Source: Catajapyx aquilonaris (lineage: Eukaryota). Taken from it: a stretch of DNA of 64,000 nt. Location of the stretch: positions 1-64,000 of the forward strand of contig KZ538491.1 of NCBI GenBank assembly GCA_000934665.2. Direction: 5' to 3'. Below are positions 12,301-26,271 of this stretch, piece by piece. The notes under the pieces were generated by a model that was given only the letters and a program-made list of their open reading frames with translations, had not been told where the DNA came from and searched no databases. The number at the start of each line of letters is the position of its first letter. The first letter of the stretch is position 1. A program made the translations under genes and the position numbers.

Positions 12301-14017
12301 TCCAAAGTCCAACTCTGAACCGGAGTTTGAGTTTGACAGGCCCATGACCAAGAAGGAGAAGGAAGAATACTTGAGGGAGCGTGAATCCAAGCTCAGAAGG
12401 GAGGGGAAGCTTCCAAGGAAAGAAGTGCCGCCGCAACCACCACCACAAGTGCCAAAAGTTGTCAAAGGGCGGATCCCAAAGAAGCAAGATGCTTTGTCAG
12501 GGAAGAAGGAAGAAGCCCCAATGCCAAAAGTGGCTCCGAAAGAGCTTCCAAAGTCACATATGCTTCAAAAGTCACCATCCAAACTGCAGCAAGCCAGACC
12601 AGAAATTAAGAAAGAGGTGACATCCACTGCCATGAAACCAATGCCTCAACCCATCCCAAGTGCTCTTAAGTCATCTTCCCAGATGAAGACAATGGTTAAA
12701 CCTGGCAGTGCCATTAAGCCAAGCCCTAAGCCCAGCACGGTGTCAAGGCCACCTATTGATGCACCAAGGCCGTCAACCAGCATGGCAAAACCCAGTGAAA
12801 ACAAACCAGCAGGCAGCTTCTCGAGGCCACCTGGTAGTGCTCCCAAGTCAGTTAGTGGTGGCCCTAAGCCACCAGGGAGCGCATCTGGTATCACCCAGCG
12901 ACCCCCTAACAGCACCATGAGGCCTGGTATGCAAAGGCCTGCTGGAATGGCTCCAAGACCATCTGGTAGTGCACCGAGACCACCAGGACACCCCATGCAC
13001 AGGCCTATGGAGAGAAGGAAGCCTGGCTTCCCTGGGAAAAGTAGTAACATTTCATACTTTGCATGTTGTAATTCCATTTTTACTTCTAACGCATTGGCTT
13101 TCCAGGACGAATTATTGAGAGTGATGATGAAGAGGACCCTGAGATGGATGATTTTATTGATGATGGTCCAGGGGAGGAGGAAGATGTCTCCAAGTACATA
13201 AAGGAGATATTTGGATATGATCGCAATCGGTACCGGGGTATGCCTCTGGACGATGAAGATGAATGTATGGAGTCCACATTTGCACAGCAGATGAAGGAGG
13301 AAGTTATCAGCAAAAATATCGGTAAAGAAAGTTACAAGCACACATTGTTTCTCCTTGAAAAATTGCTGTTTTGCTTTACAAGAATAGTGCCATTCTTTAT
13401 TCATATGTGATGAGTAAAATAGATAAAAGCATCTAAAGTTAGCAAATGAAAGATAAGCAATGTCAAAGGGACAGATTATTTTTTCAATTTGAATGTGTGG
13501 CAATTACATGAAATGGGTGAGTGCATTGATTAAAGAAATCCAACAATGTGAAGTAGTTTGTGCCATGAACAGAAAGCTAATCAAATATTTTCCAGGAAAT
13601 ATATCATTTGTGTCATAATTTTATCACAGTAGCTTTCCTCCAAAATTGTGGAATACATCATGCATTGCACACCACTAATACTACTTAAGATTTGTAAAAC
13701 TGTGCATCAAAAACCTAGTTACTTATTTTTAGGCCGAAATAGTATCTTCACTGAACACAAGTATTTTTATTTTGTATGTTATTTTGCTTGCTGTGACAGC
13801 TTTTGTGGGGCATTGCTTGAGTTGTAAAGTTCAAAGTGGTGTCTGCTTTGTGTGAAATATTCATCATTGTTGTTGCAATTTTCCACTTGTTCGTGAAATC
13901 TCATGGTAGGGACATTTTTTGTTTTCAGGTATAATGGAAGATTTGGAGGACATTAGGAGAGAAAATGAAGAGAAGAAAAGAATGGCTCAGAAGAAGAAGA
14001 AGACAAAAGGAAAGTAG
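9311..14017 (+). CDS. SPTY2D1: SPT2 chromatin protein / histone chaperone; exons 9311-9370, ~9474-9623, 9688-9826, 10438-10692, 12129-~13040, 13106-13321, 13929-14017
   Basis: N-terminus MNFEELISVAKRN, LSNNIRSFLARKEEEE, PDEDDYGF, PPPLSFHEILRLA, RPMTKKEKEE, a Pro/Ser/Lys-rich linker, and the C-terminal SPT2 domain MDDFIDDG..VSKYIKEIFGYDRNRY..MESTFAQQMKEE..SKNIGIMEDLED. Confidence 0.92.
10762..10955. mobile_element. Palindromic mariner-like MITE (AGGGTG termini)
   Basis: About 80-bp near-perfect inverted arms AGGGTGATCCAACTCTATGGCACC... / ...GGTGCCATAGAGTTGGATCACCCTG. Confidence 0.75.
10967..11502. mobile_element. Long fold-back MITE with CAGGGTG termini, possibly composite (inner element about 11038-11432)
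   Basis: CAGGGTGTAAATGAATTC...GAATTCATTTACACCCTG followed by TA; arms stay complementary for over 200 bp. Confidence 0.8.
11595..12009. mobile_element. Mariner-like MITE (CAGGGTG termini)
   Basis: TA-CAGGGTGAAGGGAAAC ... GTTTCCCTTCACCCTG with extended subterminal inverted arms (GTACTTGTAAAACTAATATAGGGATG / ATCCCTATATTAGTTTTACAAGTAC). Confidence 0.75.
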
Positions 14018-15194
14018 ACCATATATTATGCGCAATGAGTCTGTGATATGTAACTTACTCTCAAAGAGGTTTGTGTGACTTTTTCTCATTTCTAACCATT
14101 TATTGAGGCCATGTTTGCATTGATTTAATTTAATTTGTAGATGGAAACAGTTACAATAGAATAAAACATGAATGAAGATATTGCCATTGTAAAGAATTCA
14201 TATGCAATATATGCAAATACCTTAACCGAATGTATGTGTGATGATATATTAAGAGCGTGTGATGATTGGTTATTTATTTGTAATTAAATTCTGTATACTG
14301 GTATGTATACCAAGTCTTATTTACTGTTTTTTCAACCATGTGATTTATTATGTTTGAGTTCTGAAGGAGGCAACAGAGGACACCCAAGTATTACTGACAG
14401 CACAAAGGAATATGGCTGCAATGTTACAAGACACCAAGAAGAGGCATTGTTTTATCTAAAGTGTTATCCGGGACAATGCTTCTAGTTTCATTGTTAGTTA
14501 GTGGGCTGAATCTGTTCCTTTCGTGAAGATTTTTTAAAGCTAGGTTGATAACCCTGTCTGCTGATTTGTTCATGACCACATCCAACTGCATACTTGACTG
14601 GTGATAAAAGAAAGGGGGTATTATTTGAATGACGCACTCTCTGGCAACACGTGTGTTTCCAAATTAAGCTGACACTTGCCCTCATAAACTCACTTTCATG
14701 TGTGGCCTGGCATCATGTACTGTACCCCACTTACTTTGAGGATTGCAGGCAGCCCTGCCCTTCAATTATTTTCTCAATTTGTATGTATACTGAGCAGTAC
14801 TGAGGAAAGTTGGATTATTCCGTCCGATTCCGTCCATCCCTTACGGCCACATGACAAGTGTTCGATCCATTTGGACCAGTTTATTTAAGATCAAACTGCA
14901 AGTCGCCATTTTAATTAAGTCGGATCAGGTATCACTTATTTAATAAAATAATTCCTTGTCGGGTTAAACCAGATTCGTATTTCCCTCCTAGTTGCACAGT
15001 GTCTCCACCTGGTAGCCACCTTGCCAATCATTTTTATTCATTCAAAGATGGCGACTTTTCCTTTGGGAGGTGCACGTCGCATCCGGCAACTCAAATCGTG
15101 TCTTGTGCTGTCCAGGTTCTCTGTCTCCACCTGAATGAGGCTGAAATATTGGCAGAAAGGACTTGACGAAGTGTGGACAACTTGAGCAGCAACC

Positions 15195-18100
15195 ATGGAC
15201 AAGACCATGTCCAGTTATTTGCAGGAAATTGAGCAGGTCAGGTGGATTTGATGTTGACACCTTGGGAATAACTTGAGGCTATTTATATTGATATCAAAAA
15301 TTAGATAATTATGGGCTTTACTTAAGTGAACATGTTACATAAAGTGTAGCATGTTATATTTCAATGCGTAGCCTCATTCACTATGTCACAATAATTAGTT
15401 TCGATTGCGAATAATTGCATTGGTGAAATTATTAGGAGCTGTATTGGGTGAATGATTTGTGATGTCACTTCATGCGTCTCACTTTCTGATATGTTGCAGG
15501 AGTCTTTCGATGCGGCCAACTTTGTGGAGCGGCTGGCTTGGAGGGCAACGGGAGGTGTGCAGGACGGGGTGGACTTCGATCCCATGTCGCTGCACTCTAC
15601 ATTCGTGCAGGCTATGACGTAAGTATTCTACATGACAATAGAGGAATATTTATTGGCTATTAATAATTTGGTAACACAGTTGACAGCACACAACTTCTGT
15701 GCTTTAGAATTTTTCAGTAGCACTGAGTAAAAGGCAGACTGAATCATGAATTAGTGTTAAACATTATTATGTGGCTGAGATACACTGCGTTTGAAACGTG
15801 AAATTACTTCAGTTGCTTGAGACTATTACATACTGCATGTAATAAAATGCTTCATGTGCCATGCCATGCAAAATCTCGCTAATTTTTGCAGGGAACTCGA
15901 AGCCTTGCATGAAATTCAGAAGAAGAAGTGTGAGCGCCTGGAATCTCTGTGCAAGGAGGAAGAGAAGCAATATCGCCAGACTGTAGTTGACCTCTTGGAC
16001 AGGAATAAATCGGCTGTGGTTAAATTTCAAGAGCTGGATGATCGTATCAACTCTGTGGCCACGAAGGTTGTCCACCTAGGGGACCAGCTGGAGAGTGTGA
16101 ACACCCTTCGTTCACGGGCAGTGGAAGCGCAGAAGCTCATGAACTATTTTGACGACTTCTTGCTGCCAGAGCCATTTATTTCAGACGTGTTTACAGCTAG
16201 GAGTCATCTCTATGAAGCTGCAGATATCATTCAGAAGTTGCATCAAATTGCACAGGAACTCAATAGTGACAAGTGCGTTTCTTCACAGCGGCACATTCAG
16301 ATATACATTTCCATCTCTTTGAATTCACTTCTTGTCACTAGAAAATGTATCATTTAGTTTTGCTTAAGATTAATTTGTCAAAATATTGTTTTAGATTTGT
16401 TGGAGCCAAAAAGAAAATTGAAGACAAGTACAATGAAATAGAGCAATCACTTCTGGAGGAGTTTATAAAAGCTCATGGATCAAATGACACAGTGAAGATG
16501 AAGGAGATAGCTGGAATCTTGTCCCACTTCAACTACCCTCAATGCGTGAAAGCTTTCATTGAACACAGCCAATTGGTAAAAACATTGTCATTGTCTGGTA
16601 TTGCCACTATATTTACTTATTTTTCTTTTAATTCTAGGGAGCTTTTCTGGGACAAGATATTTTCAAAGATATTTTAGATTTGTGTGTTGGTAATTTCGCA
16701 GTGATCAACAACGTGTTTGCCAGCCCAGAACAAGTTAAGGCGAAATTTGTCAAGAGTGTGTACCATGGCAGACTTCAGGTAAATTGAATTAATTTCCTGA
16801 TTACATACCTAAACACATTCCTTTTTAGTAATTTGATATTTCTGTGCAAGTACCAGTACTGGTAATTTGAAAGCAACACTACTGAAGAATAAAGGGTTAA
16901 TTACATTATAATATGCTAATAAGATTGTAATAATTTTGTATCTGAATTTTTGTGCAGACTTATACTTTTGTTTATGCCAGTGGTGTCTGCCAAATTCTTC
17001 TACGTTCTGAAGAAAATGCATTGTTGGCGATGGCAAATATCATAACGATAGTAAAAAACTAATTAGTAAATAGCATCGCTGATTTTTTTTCAGCAAAACA
17101 TTGACACTACTTTATCAGCCTTTTCCGGTCAAAATGAGGTTGGACTGTACCTGAAGAATCTCTTCAAACTCTACTCAAAGTGGGTGTTTCACTTTGGTTA
17201 CTCGTGCCATTGTAAAATACTTGCCTCTTTGCAGGACTGTGCAGCTGTCGGAAAGCCTGAGCTCTTACAACGTGGGTAATGACAGCACCTTCTTCACAAA
17301 GCTCACTAATACACTGTTTGAGAAGTACCTTGCCAATTACATTAGGTAAGACGCTCTGCTTATTCCCTGAGGCGGTTATTCACATGCAATTCTTCCAGTG
17401 TGGAGATCAGCTACTTGAAAGAAAAGAGCAGCACCATCCTCTGGGCATACTATGAATCAAAGAAACACCAGAAGAAGCATGTGGGCAGCTTCCAGGGGCT
17501 GCGCCAGAACATTCAAAACGTGATTGGGAGCAGGAGTGGCCCAACAGCTACACAAGGAGAGGCAGACACCACCGAGGTGCTAATTTCAGTGGACGTGGCT
17601 GTCAACCTACTTGAGGAACACAACCAAGCACTCAGGAGATGCCAGCCGGTGAGTGAAATATATTCATGCCATGAACCTTTTCAAGATAAATGTTGTCATA
17701 TAGTCATATTTTTTTAAAAAAGTTGGTTTCAATGTCATTGAACAAGACTCATATATGTACATCTTTTTTCAATGTCCTCAGCTTTCAAAGCCAGCCCAAG
17801 TCCCAAGCAACGCAGTAGAGATATTTGACCTCCTAGTCCACTACCTGGTGGTGGAACATATGGACTATGCGGTGGAGCTTGCCCTGCACAACATGCCTCC
17901 AGCAGGACCAAAGATAAAACTGCCATTTTTTGACCTGGTCCACCAGTGCAATACCATTGTGCACCTCATTGAGACTCAGTTCAACAATAGCCTCTTCCCA
18001 CTCATACAGTCAGTATATTCTTGCAAGCCTTTCACATGATTCTGGATGTTACCCTTTTCCTTCAATAGTTCTACGCCGAAACTGGGTGTCTGCCTGCAGA

Positions 18101-18962
18101 AGAAGAAAAATTTTCAGCAGCAGTTGGAATCTAAGTTGGACCTTGGTCTGCAAAGGAGCGTGCAATCCATAGTGGGTTGGGTCAAACAGCAATTGCAAAT
18201 GGAGCAGAAGAAAAGTGATTTTAGGAGGGACACTCCAAAGAAGGACGGCGTATATATTGAGGGGCCTACTTCTGTCAGGTCCGAAGCAGAGAGCAAGGCA
18301 TGCAAAGTGGTAACCGTCTTCATCAGAGGTCAGACAGGGCAGATAAAGGAATGCCTTGATGGGAAAAATCTTGAGCTGGTTATGACTGAACTAGGAACAG
18401 GGTTCCATCGAGCCATCTATGACCATGTATTGCAGTTTCAGTATGGAGATGTAGGTGAGTATGCAAACACATTGCAAGCAATTGATTTGAAAACAGTTAC
18501 GAAATGTTATTGTATACCGTATTTTTAATCATTTTCATAGAAGAGAATTATTAATCTTTGAATTCGCGTATGATATGGTTTTCCAATCTTGACTAATTCG
18601 TACAAAATTATTACTCTTTCAGGTTCTATGCTCCTAATCTGTGACATAAATGAGTATCGCAAGTGTGTCCAAGATATGGGTGTGCCCCTTGTCAACAACC
18701 TTTTTGACATACTTCTGGCACTTTGCAACTTGTTAGTTGTTGGGCCTGAAAATGTGACAGATGTTTGCACGGACGAAAGACTGGTCAGCATTCTTAATAT
18801 TCTACATAAGTATCATCTGTTCTCGAATGCAAGCTGTAACATACTCTTTTGCTTATGTTGCAGGCTATTTTGGACAAGTCAATAGTTCAGAGCTTTATTC
18901 AACTCCGGCTGGATCACCGGACCCCTGAAGGAGCAGCTTATGCCAAACTCTTGCCTTCATGA
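15195..18962 (+). CDS. EXOC5: Exocyst complex component 5 (Sec10); exons 15195-15236, 15500-15618, 15892-16272, 16395-16575, 16638-16778, 17094-17179, 17235-17345, 17399-17648, 17782-18008, 18069-18454, 18623-18783, 18864-18962
   Basis: FVERLAWR, FQELDDRINSVATKVVHLGDQLESVNTLRSRAVEAQKLMNYF, EAADIIQKLHQIAQEL, EQKKSDF, LDGKNLELVMTELG, ICDINEYRKC, LCNLLVVGPEN, FIQLRLD; all GT-AG and in frame. Confidence 0.96.
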
Positions 18963-19332
18963 ACAAGTTAATCAGCATTAGCACAAATTATACTTCAGTG
19001 CTTATCAGTGATAACCACGATTTATTTCACTTCCAACAACAAATACAGGTATCACCCACTGCAACATAGTGGAATCTACTTATGTAATGCTCTCTTTAAG
19101 TGACAATCTGTATTCAATGAAGGAATGTGCTGTAACACTCCTTACAGGGCAACTCCAACTATAACCCCATGTCACACTGTAACAGGTATCATGGTATTTC
19201 AAACATATGTGTAAAAAGAGGGTACAAAAATCCATTCCCTTGTCTAGTTAATTTAAGATGAATAATGGAACAATAAAATGAGCTGATATTATTGCGCTGA
19301 GTTTCTCTGCTTGTGTGCGTTGCTGCATCTTT

Positions 19333-20549
19333 TTACGTGCAGCTACTGAGCAGTGTTTCCAGAGCAAGCTGTGTCTCTTGCTCAACGTCAAAGGTGAGAG
19401 GACAGTCCGTAACTTCCCAAGCATCACCAAGGGTTCCTAGAGTCTCTCGGCACAAAGGGCAGTTTCCACCTTCCAGATTCCTGTCAATCAAAATGTAACA
19501 GCATAATCTCACATATTAATATGCTTCTGTATTGGTGGTGATTGCACTGTATACATTAGTTACTGCAACACCACTGTCCCAATGGGAATAGGTAGATGAA
19601 GTTAATCATGTTGTACATCTATACAAGTGCCTAGCACATTTATATCACTGTAAAGCAGGTATTGCACTACTTTCATGTGCAACTGACAATATTAGGATGT
19701 AAGTTTCAGTAGTCATTGTATTAACATACCATTGCTGAATGCATATTGAGCAGAATGCGTGTGTGCAAGGCAGGATGACATTTCTGGGCCTCTCCATGCA
19801 TATCGAGCAGTCCTTATCCAATGTGTAAGCCTGGAGGCTGCTGTCAGGTAATCTTGCACTGCGGCGTGGATGTGCTGTTTCTAGGACTCGAATATTCCCA
19901 TTCAACGTGGAGTATACCTGCACAAATTCATTGTAACATTAGAAATCTTGGCTTATGAAACTGTTCGCACAGCGGAGATGCCACATGACAAGGCAAATTA
20001 CTCAACATGTCAGAAACTGTTCCAATTTTCTCTCCTTTAAGAGAAACATGTATTGAGGAATAAATGCAAGTACCTGCATAAATTGACATAGAGTGAAGTC
20101 TCGACGTCCTTCTTCGACTCCAGTCTCAAAGTCCAGCTTTTTCATGGCTATAATTATTGTCGATCTCCACCACATGAACTTGTCCGTGCCTTCTACGATA
20201 TCGAAATGCAGCTTCTTTCCATGGTCACTCACATAATTGTCAGTCCTGGAAAATTTTAGCTGCTCTAAAATTCCACTAAACAGAATTTGTAACATCACTC
20301 ACAAAAATTGATGCATGTTCACACGAGTAGAAACAATAAAAAGCAATTTTCATTAACAAACTCTATGAAGCTGAAAGTATATTTTAGTTCTCACATGTTG
20401 TTGAGCAGCCCGACATTCTTGACAAGGGTTTCATAGGGCAGGCTCGAGACCTTGCATTTGCGGTAGAAGCTGCGGCAAAACCGCATTCGAGTGTCTGACG
20501 TTAACAATTCGTTGCAACGGCACTCCATGGAAGAAAATAACTGACCCAT
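19333..20549 (-). CDS. RNF141: RING finger protein 141-like, divergent paralogue B; exons 20549-20395, 20245-20074, 19917-19730, 19480-19333
   Basis: MGQ start, GKKLHFDIVEGTDKFMWWRS, C3HC4 RING CSICMERPRNVILPCTHAFCSICIQQW..CPLCRE..DAWEVTDCP; intron positions largely shared with the neighbouring paralogue. Confidence 0.85.
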
Positions 20550-21676
20550 TTTTCCTGCAATTCAAAAAATGAATTAAAATTACAATTACAATTACAAAAT
20601 GCGTACATCACCTGTCAAAACTGTACTCGCATAAATTGCACACAAATTGCAGGTAATTATTAATAATTACCCTCAGGCTTCATTCTGGTGTGATAATTTG
20701 TAGTGAATGCACAATGCTGCATTATACCTTGTTCCATTATAGTGTCTCAGGTTATATTTTGACCAACGTTGCGATTAGTATCATTAAGCGTACTTTTTTT
20801 CTGGTCATTAAGCACAGCAAGCAGCAGTGAAATCGCTGCACTGACATTGTAATCTAACCAACTGTAACCAGTACACCACAAAAAAAAATTGCAAAACATT
20901 TTAAGAAAGAACATCATGACCAAGCCTATGAAATGTCACATTGACAATCCTATACTAATGTAGCCTGTGCTAAATCTGGATATGATTAATACGAGAGTTA
21001 ATCAGACCTGTCAGTTGGTGGTCAGCTGATGGAGGTCAGCAGTCACGCGCCTTATGACATTGGCGATTTCTCACAAAGGAATGATTTTCTTGCAAGAAGA
21101 GAGAAAAAAAATTTGCACTCTTTTGGAGTCCTTCAGAATCTGTCTGGGACAGCAACAGCCATCTGTGAGACGAAAAGTGAAACTCCGATACGGTATCCTG
21201 CGATACGGTACTGGATGTCCTTGGCAAAGTTGGATAAACCATCTTGGATTGATGATTCAAGTTTAGAAGAAGAAGAAAAAAAATACAACAAAATAATCAT
21301 TATAGGCAACATAATTTATTGGATCCACCCTTATGCAGGTGAGAAACATCAATATTGTCATACAGTTGTCAAAAACAAAATTTGTAATGCTGTACAGTTT
21401 CAGTGTAATCATGCAACCTTCTTGAGGAGTCTCACAACACTGGGCAAAACATATGCCAATTTCAAGATTACTGGGAATAGTTTCAAATTAGTCCAGCAAT
21501 GTAAAAAAAATCATTTTGGAGTTACTGGTATGTCGTAAGCTATATTTTCTGATTGGCCCTTTTCCAACCTCCCTGGAAGCCTTGCATAATATACTGGATC
21601 TCTGTAACAAGATTAATAAAACACAAGTTGTGTTACACGTTAAAATACAGTCAGGATGTACAATAGATTAAGCAAC

Positions 21677-22826
21677 TTAAGAGTCAGATGACGATGACGT
21701 TGAATTTGTTTGGTTAGCAGTAGGGGTTGGCACTTTGTCCAGCAAGTCTTCCAGGGCTCTCTGTATCTCTAGCTGCACTTCCATGTCGTCAGGGGCATCT
21801 GCCATCTCCCAGGTATCCTCAGTGCTGTTCAGCTGCTCGCGGCATACAGGACAGGTCTTGTGCACCATACTGTTTATGGTCAGGAATAAAATAATGTCAT
21901 CAATTACAATATTGCTGAAATCAGACTGAAAAATAATCGATATGGCACTTGTTGACAAGGTAATCAATTTAAAATATTTATCTTGTACACACCACTTATA
22001 TTTTATAAATATTATCTGTCCCTACCCGTGCTCTTGCGTCCCTCCCCACCACTGCTGGATGCATGTCTGGCAGTAGGCATGGGCGCAGGGTAGTGTTGTG
22101 TCTGGCTTCCTCTCCAAGCATATGCAACACTCATCGATGCCTGCAGATGCACCAGCTGCCTGAGCCATTGCCCGGGAGGCCCCTTCCAGAAACATAGAAG
22201 CAGTAAGTGGTGGGACTGATGGGCATGCTGCAGCCAACTCTTCCTTGGGCGTATTTGGTGTCTCTTCAGGGGATGGGGATGCACTTTCTGGGAGCTCCAT
22301 TTGGCACTGAAACGTCTTGAATACCTTGGAACAACAACACAAAAGTGACAGTTAATGGCTTTTCAAATAATACCTTCACAATATATTACGACATGTAAAT
22401 TCCTCATCTGAAAGGTACCTGCATAAACTGCTTCAGGTTTAGTAGCCTGACTCCTTGTACAGCACCAGATACAGCATCTACTTTAACACAGGCCACCTGG
22501 ACAGTAGCTCTCCACAGTAGCGTGGCATCGGATCCCTTTTTGACAGCAAACACCAATCGCTTCCCATAGTTGTCCACAAAGTTTCGTGACCTGTCACCAA
22601 AAATGACATTAGTTCTGAATCGTGAAAAATATTTGGGGTAAACTTACAGCGAATTAAGTTCCTGTATGCATTTGACAAACTCCTCATAGGACAACATGAC
22701 CAGGTCTTGATAGCTCTGGAGCTTCCTGCATATGGGCAGGCTGTTCTCAGGGGCCACCACTCCCTCCAGTGGCGCATCCCCATGATGAGCACTGCTACTT
22801 CCACCACTGCTACTTGACTGGCCCAT
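21677..22826 (-). CDS. RNF141: RING finger protein 141, paralogue A; exons 22826-22648, 22590-22419, 22324-~22026, ~21869-21677
   Basis: MGQSSS myristoylation-type start, LSYEEFVKCIQELN, GKRLVFAVKKGSD..LWR, RING ECCICLERKPDTTLPCAHAYCQTCIQQW..TCPVCREQL..DTWEMADAP. Confidence 0.92.
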
Positions 22827-23970
22827 GTTGCAGGTACAAATCTGCATAAGAGGATTGGAATCATCTCAAAAACATAGTGTCAAGGTGGAGCTTATGGTGA
22901 TTTACATATTGTGTGACATGTGACACTTCATAGAGTTATGCAAGATATTATCGAATTGCATTCAAGGCAATGAAATTCTTCAGCTAAATTCAATTATGGT
23001 TTCATTTGATCTACCCAGAAATTTTCCAACAGGGGCCAAGCCTGTCGACCTAGTTTTATGCATAAAACAAGTCTAACTGCCAAAAACATAGGCATTGCTT
23101 AACTAATTACCATACATTTTGTTAATTTTAATCTGATGTTGTTCTTGAGATATTTTACGACTTGCCCAAATATCCGTTGTACCTCCCTCTTTTCCAAACA
23201 ATTATTGCGCCCTTTTTTTTTATATACAGCTGTGGTAATATTCTGCTTTAAGCTGAACATGAATAGTTTCATGTAAATCTCCCAAATGTTTGCGCCAATG
23301 TTTCATTTGTCCTCGATTATACTGCAGTAACTGCAGAGGCATCTGGTCTTAAACATTGGCATCTGAAAGAGCCATTATTATTAATTATTAAAAGTGTGAT
23401 GCAACTTTGTGTACATATCTCAGTACAAAAATGATTACAAATAGTGACAACCCAATGTTGCCTCGCTGGTTCAGTAGATAGTATCTGAAGGTATATCAAA
23501 CCTGTTATTCCTGATGTGGCCGAGCTGTCCTTGGTCAACTGGGGGTCACGGGTCTATCGCTGCCCTTGGGTCCTGCCGGCTGAACAATACGCACTTGATA
23601 TTGGTATTGACGGGCTGGAGGACGTCCCGAGATCTGCCGCTAGACCGCGCTTAGTTCCCTGGAGAAACAAAAAAAGGCCAGTTATCGGGACCAAAATAAT
23701 TTAGATCTAACCCAATATTTTTGTTCCCTACAAATCGCTAAAAACTTGTATGAAGCAAAACAATGAAGTTTCAAACAAAGCGGGTTGATTCAGTGGTGCC
23801 AACGACGTAAATGGGGTACATAAGAAAAGGCACTGCCAATATGGCAAAGGGGGTGGGTACGCCTATCATTATTAACCAATCATATGTCGAATGCGGATAG
23901 ATGCTCCGCCCCACAGTGAAATTCAGGGTGCCTTTTCATACAATGGTGTTTTCCAGCTCCCCATTCCAAG

Positions 23971-25797
23971 ATGGCCGCCTTGAGCCTGCTGGGTCAAAAT
24001 GGACTGAATTCCATCAGTAATATCTCATTTCGCATCTTTACTTTGTCGATTTCACACGCTTGTCCGAATGGAAAGGGTGCCAGTGACTAGTAGGGCGAGA
24101 AATCTGAGCCTGGCACCTCTTACCAAAGTTATTCCATGTGGTTGAAGGTTGAGGTCAATGAATTCAAGAAATGTTTCTGTTAGAACATGCATAGAACAGG
24201 AGCCGTTAATTAATTATTCCCGTGTCCAGAGGTCAAAATATTGTACCACTGAAAGTACATTCTTTTATACAATGTTTTGGACAACATTGGCGTAATTAGT
24301 ACTCACAATACGAATTTTAATTGATTTATATTGCCTCTTTGAAGGGTCCCACTTGGCTCCAGCTGCTACTGCGGTTCTCCATCCCACTGCCTTGTCACCA
24401 TGCCTGGAGTACAGCACAGATACATCGGGCAATGTCCGTCCCCTTCTGAACAAAGACCTCTCTTCTATGAAAAGGGGGACTGGCGGACGATCCAGCTTCA
24501 ACGGGATTGTGGCCACCATATTTGGAAGCAGTGGATTTGTCGGCCGATATGTCTGCAATAAACTTGGAAAATGTGGGACTCAGGTTAGCATGATTTGCGT
24601 AATTTTTTAACTTACACACTTGATCAGCGCATTTTACGGACATTCTTGTGACATTGTTGATTGCAGCTGATCCTCCCATATCGGGGTGACCATTATGACA
24701 TGCTGCGTTTGAAACTGGTTGGAGATTTGGGCCAGGTTCTCTTCATGCCGTATAACCTGAGGGATGAGACCTCCATCCGCAAAGCCATGCGTTACTCCAA
24801 CGTGGTGATCAACTTGGTGGGAAGGGACTGGCAGACCTATAACTTCGATTTTGACGCTGTCAATAATGAGGGAGCCCGCAGGATTGCACGGCTGGCCAAG
24901 GAAGTCGGTGTACCCAGGCTCATTCACTTCTCCAGCCTGAATATGAAGGAGAAACCTGAGGTAAGGGTCCAGCACGACATTTACTGAAATTGCCCCATGT
25001 TTGTGAAACAGAGCAACTGCACACTTACATGAACTGTTCATGTACTGACTGGTTGAACTATCTTTTTTTCGTTCCAGGGTTTGATCGTCCCAGGTGGTTC
25101 CAAGTTTCTCCAATCAAAGTTGGCTGGAGAGAAGGCAGTGCGTGAGGAATTTCCTGATGCTACAATAATCCGGCCAGCAGACATATGGGGGCAGGAAGAT
25201 CGCTTCCTGTGTTATTACCAGCACTGGTGGCGTCATCAGATCCGCTGGCTACCGATGTGGCAGAAGGGGGAGCACACGGTGAAGCAGCCGGTGTATGTGG
25301 GGGATGTGGCTCAGGCAGTGGTGGCATGTGCTAGGGATCCGGACACAGCAGGGAAAACCTACGAGGCGGTGGGACCTAGGAGGTATCTCCTCTCCGAGCT
25401 GGTTGACTGGTTCCATAGGGTCATGAGAAAGGATGCAGAGTGGGGATACAAGCGCTATGACCTCAGATGGGACCCATTCTTCCAGGCCAGGATTACCTTC
25501 ACCGAGAAGTTTCCAAGTTGGCCTGTGGCCTACCTCGGATGGGACAAGATGGAGAGGGTAAGATTCCCTATCATTGCACCACTCTTTTCAACAACTTGTT
25601 TTATGTTTTCTTTGCAGGATCACACAACAGACGTGCTGACTCCAGGCGTGCCAACCTTGGAGGATCTTGGCATAGCTCTGACAACTATGGAGGAGAGGAT
25701 CCAGTGGGAACTGAGGCCCTACCGTGCTGCAGCCTATTACGAGGAAGAACTGGGAGAATTTGCCCCACCTGCCCCACCAAAAGTCTATGCTGGATGA
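23971..25797 (+). CDS. NDUFA9: NADH:ubiquinone oxidoreductase 39 kDa subunit A9; exons 23971-24016, 24345-24583, 24667-24960, 25078-25557, 25618-25797
   Basis: [100 protein letters not shown]-terminus resembles a mitochondrial presequence. Confidence 0.97.
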
Positions 25798-26271
25798 GAT
25801 CTTTTGGACTTGCAATGAAGAGTCTCCAGTTTGTCTAGAGAGGTGTGCAAAATGTTAATAAAGAGTGTAGGAAGATTAGACACAACCTCATTTCATTTAC
25901 ACAGTGACATACGGGGAAAGCAATGAAAAATTTGTTGTAGCAGCTGGCATTTATTTTGCGATTTAATAAGGTACCAGGTACATATTTCATGGAGCTACGT
26001 AAAGAACGTGTAGCAAGAGAATTCTAAGGTTAATGTTAACTGAAACCAGTTCTATTTGTTTATCCCATTCAAAAGTCATCAAAGTAAAATCTTATATTCA
26101 CATGCAAATAACTGATTATGAAATATCAAAATTTGTTCATTTCTAACATAAAACTCTTTTATATCCTTTTAATATTGTATCAATAACATTCAAGAACAAC
26201 ACTATATTTGTGCAAACACTTCCCAATAAGTAACCATTGATAACTAATACAAGTCAAGCATGGAATGAATC

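Noticed and set aside
12646..13503. 285-aa minus-strand ORF
   Set aside because: Antisense shadow of the Pro-rich SPT2 exon; no independent motifs
21029..21538. 169-aa plus-strand ORF between the RNF141 paralogues
   Set aside because: No recognisable domain, AT-rich, overlaps the probable 3' UTR of RNF141-A on the other strand; cannot be supported
21870..22050. U12/AT-AC intron in RNF141-A (branch-like TTCCTGAC near the acceptor)
   Set aside because: No RTATCCT donor is present; a normal GT-AG intron keeps the frame
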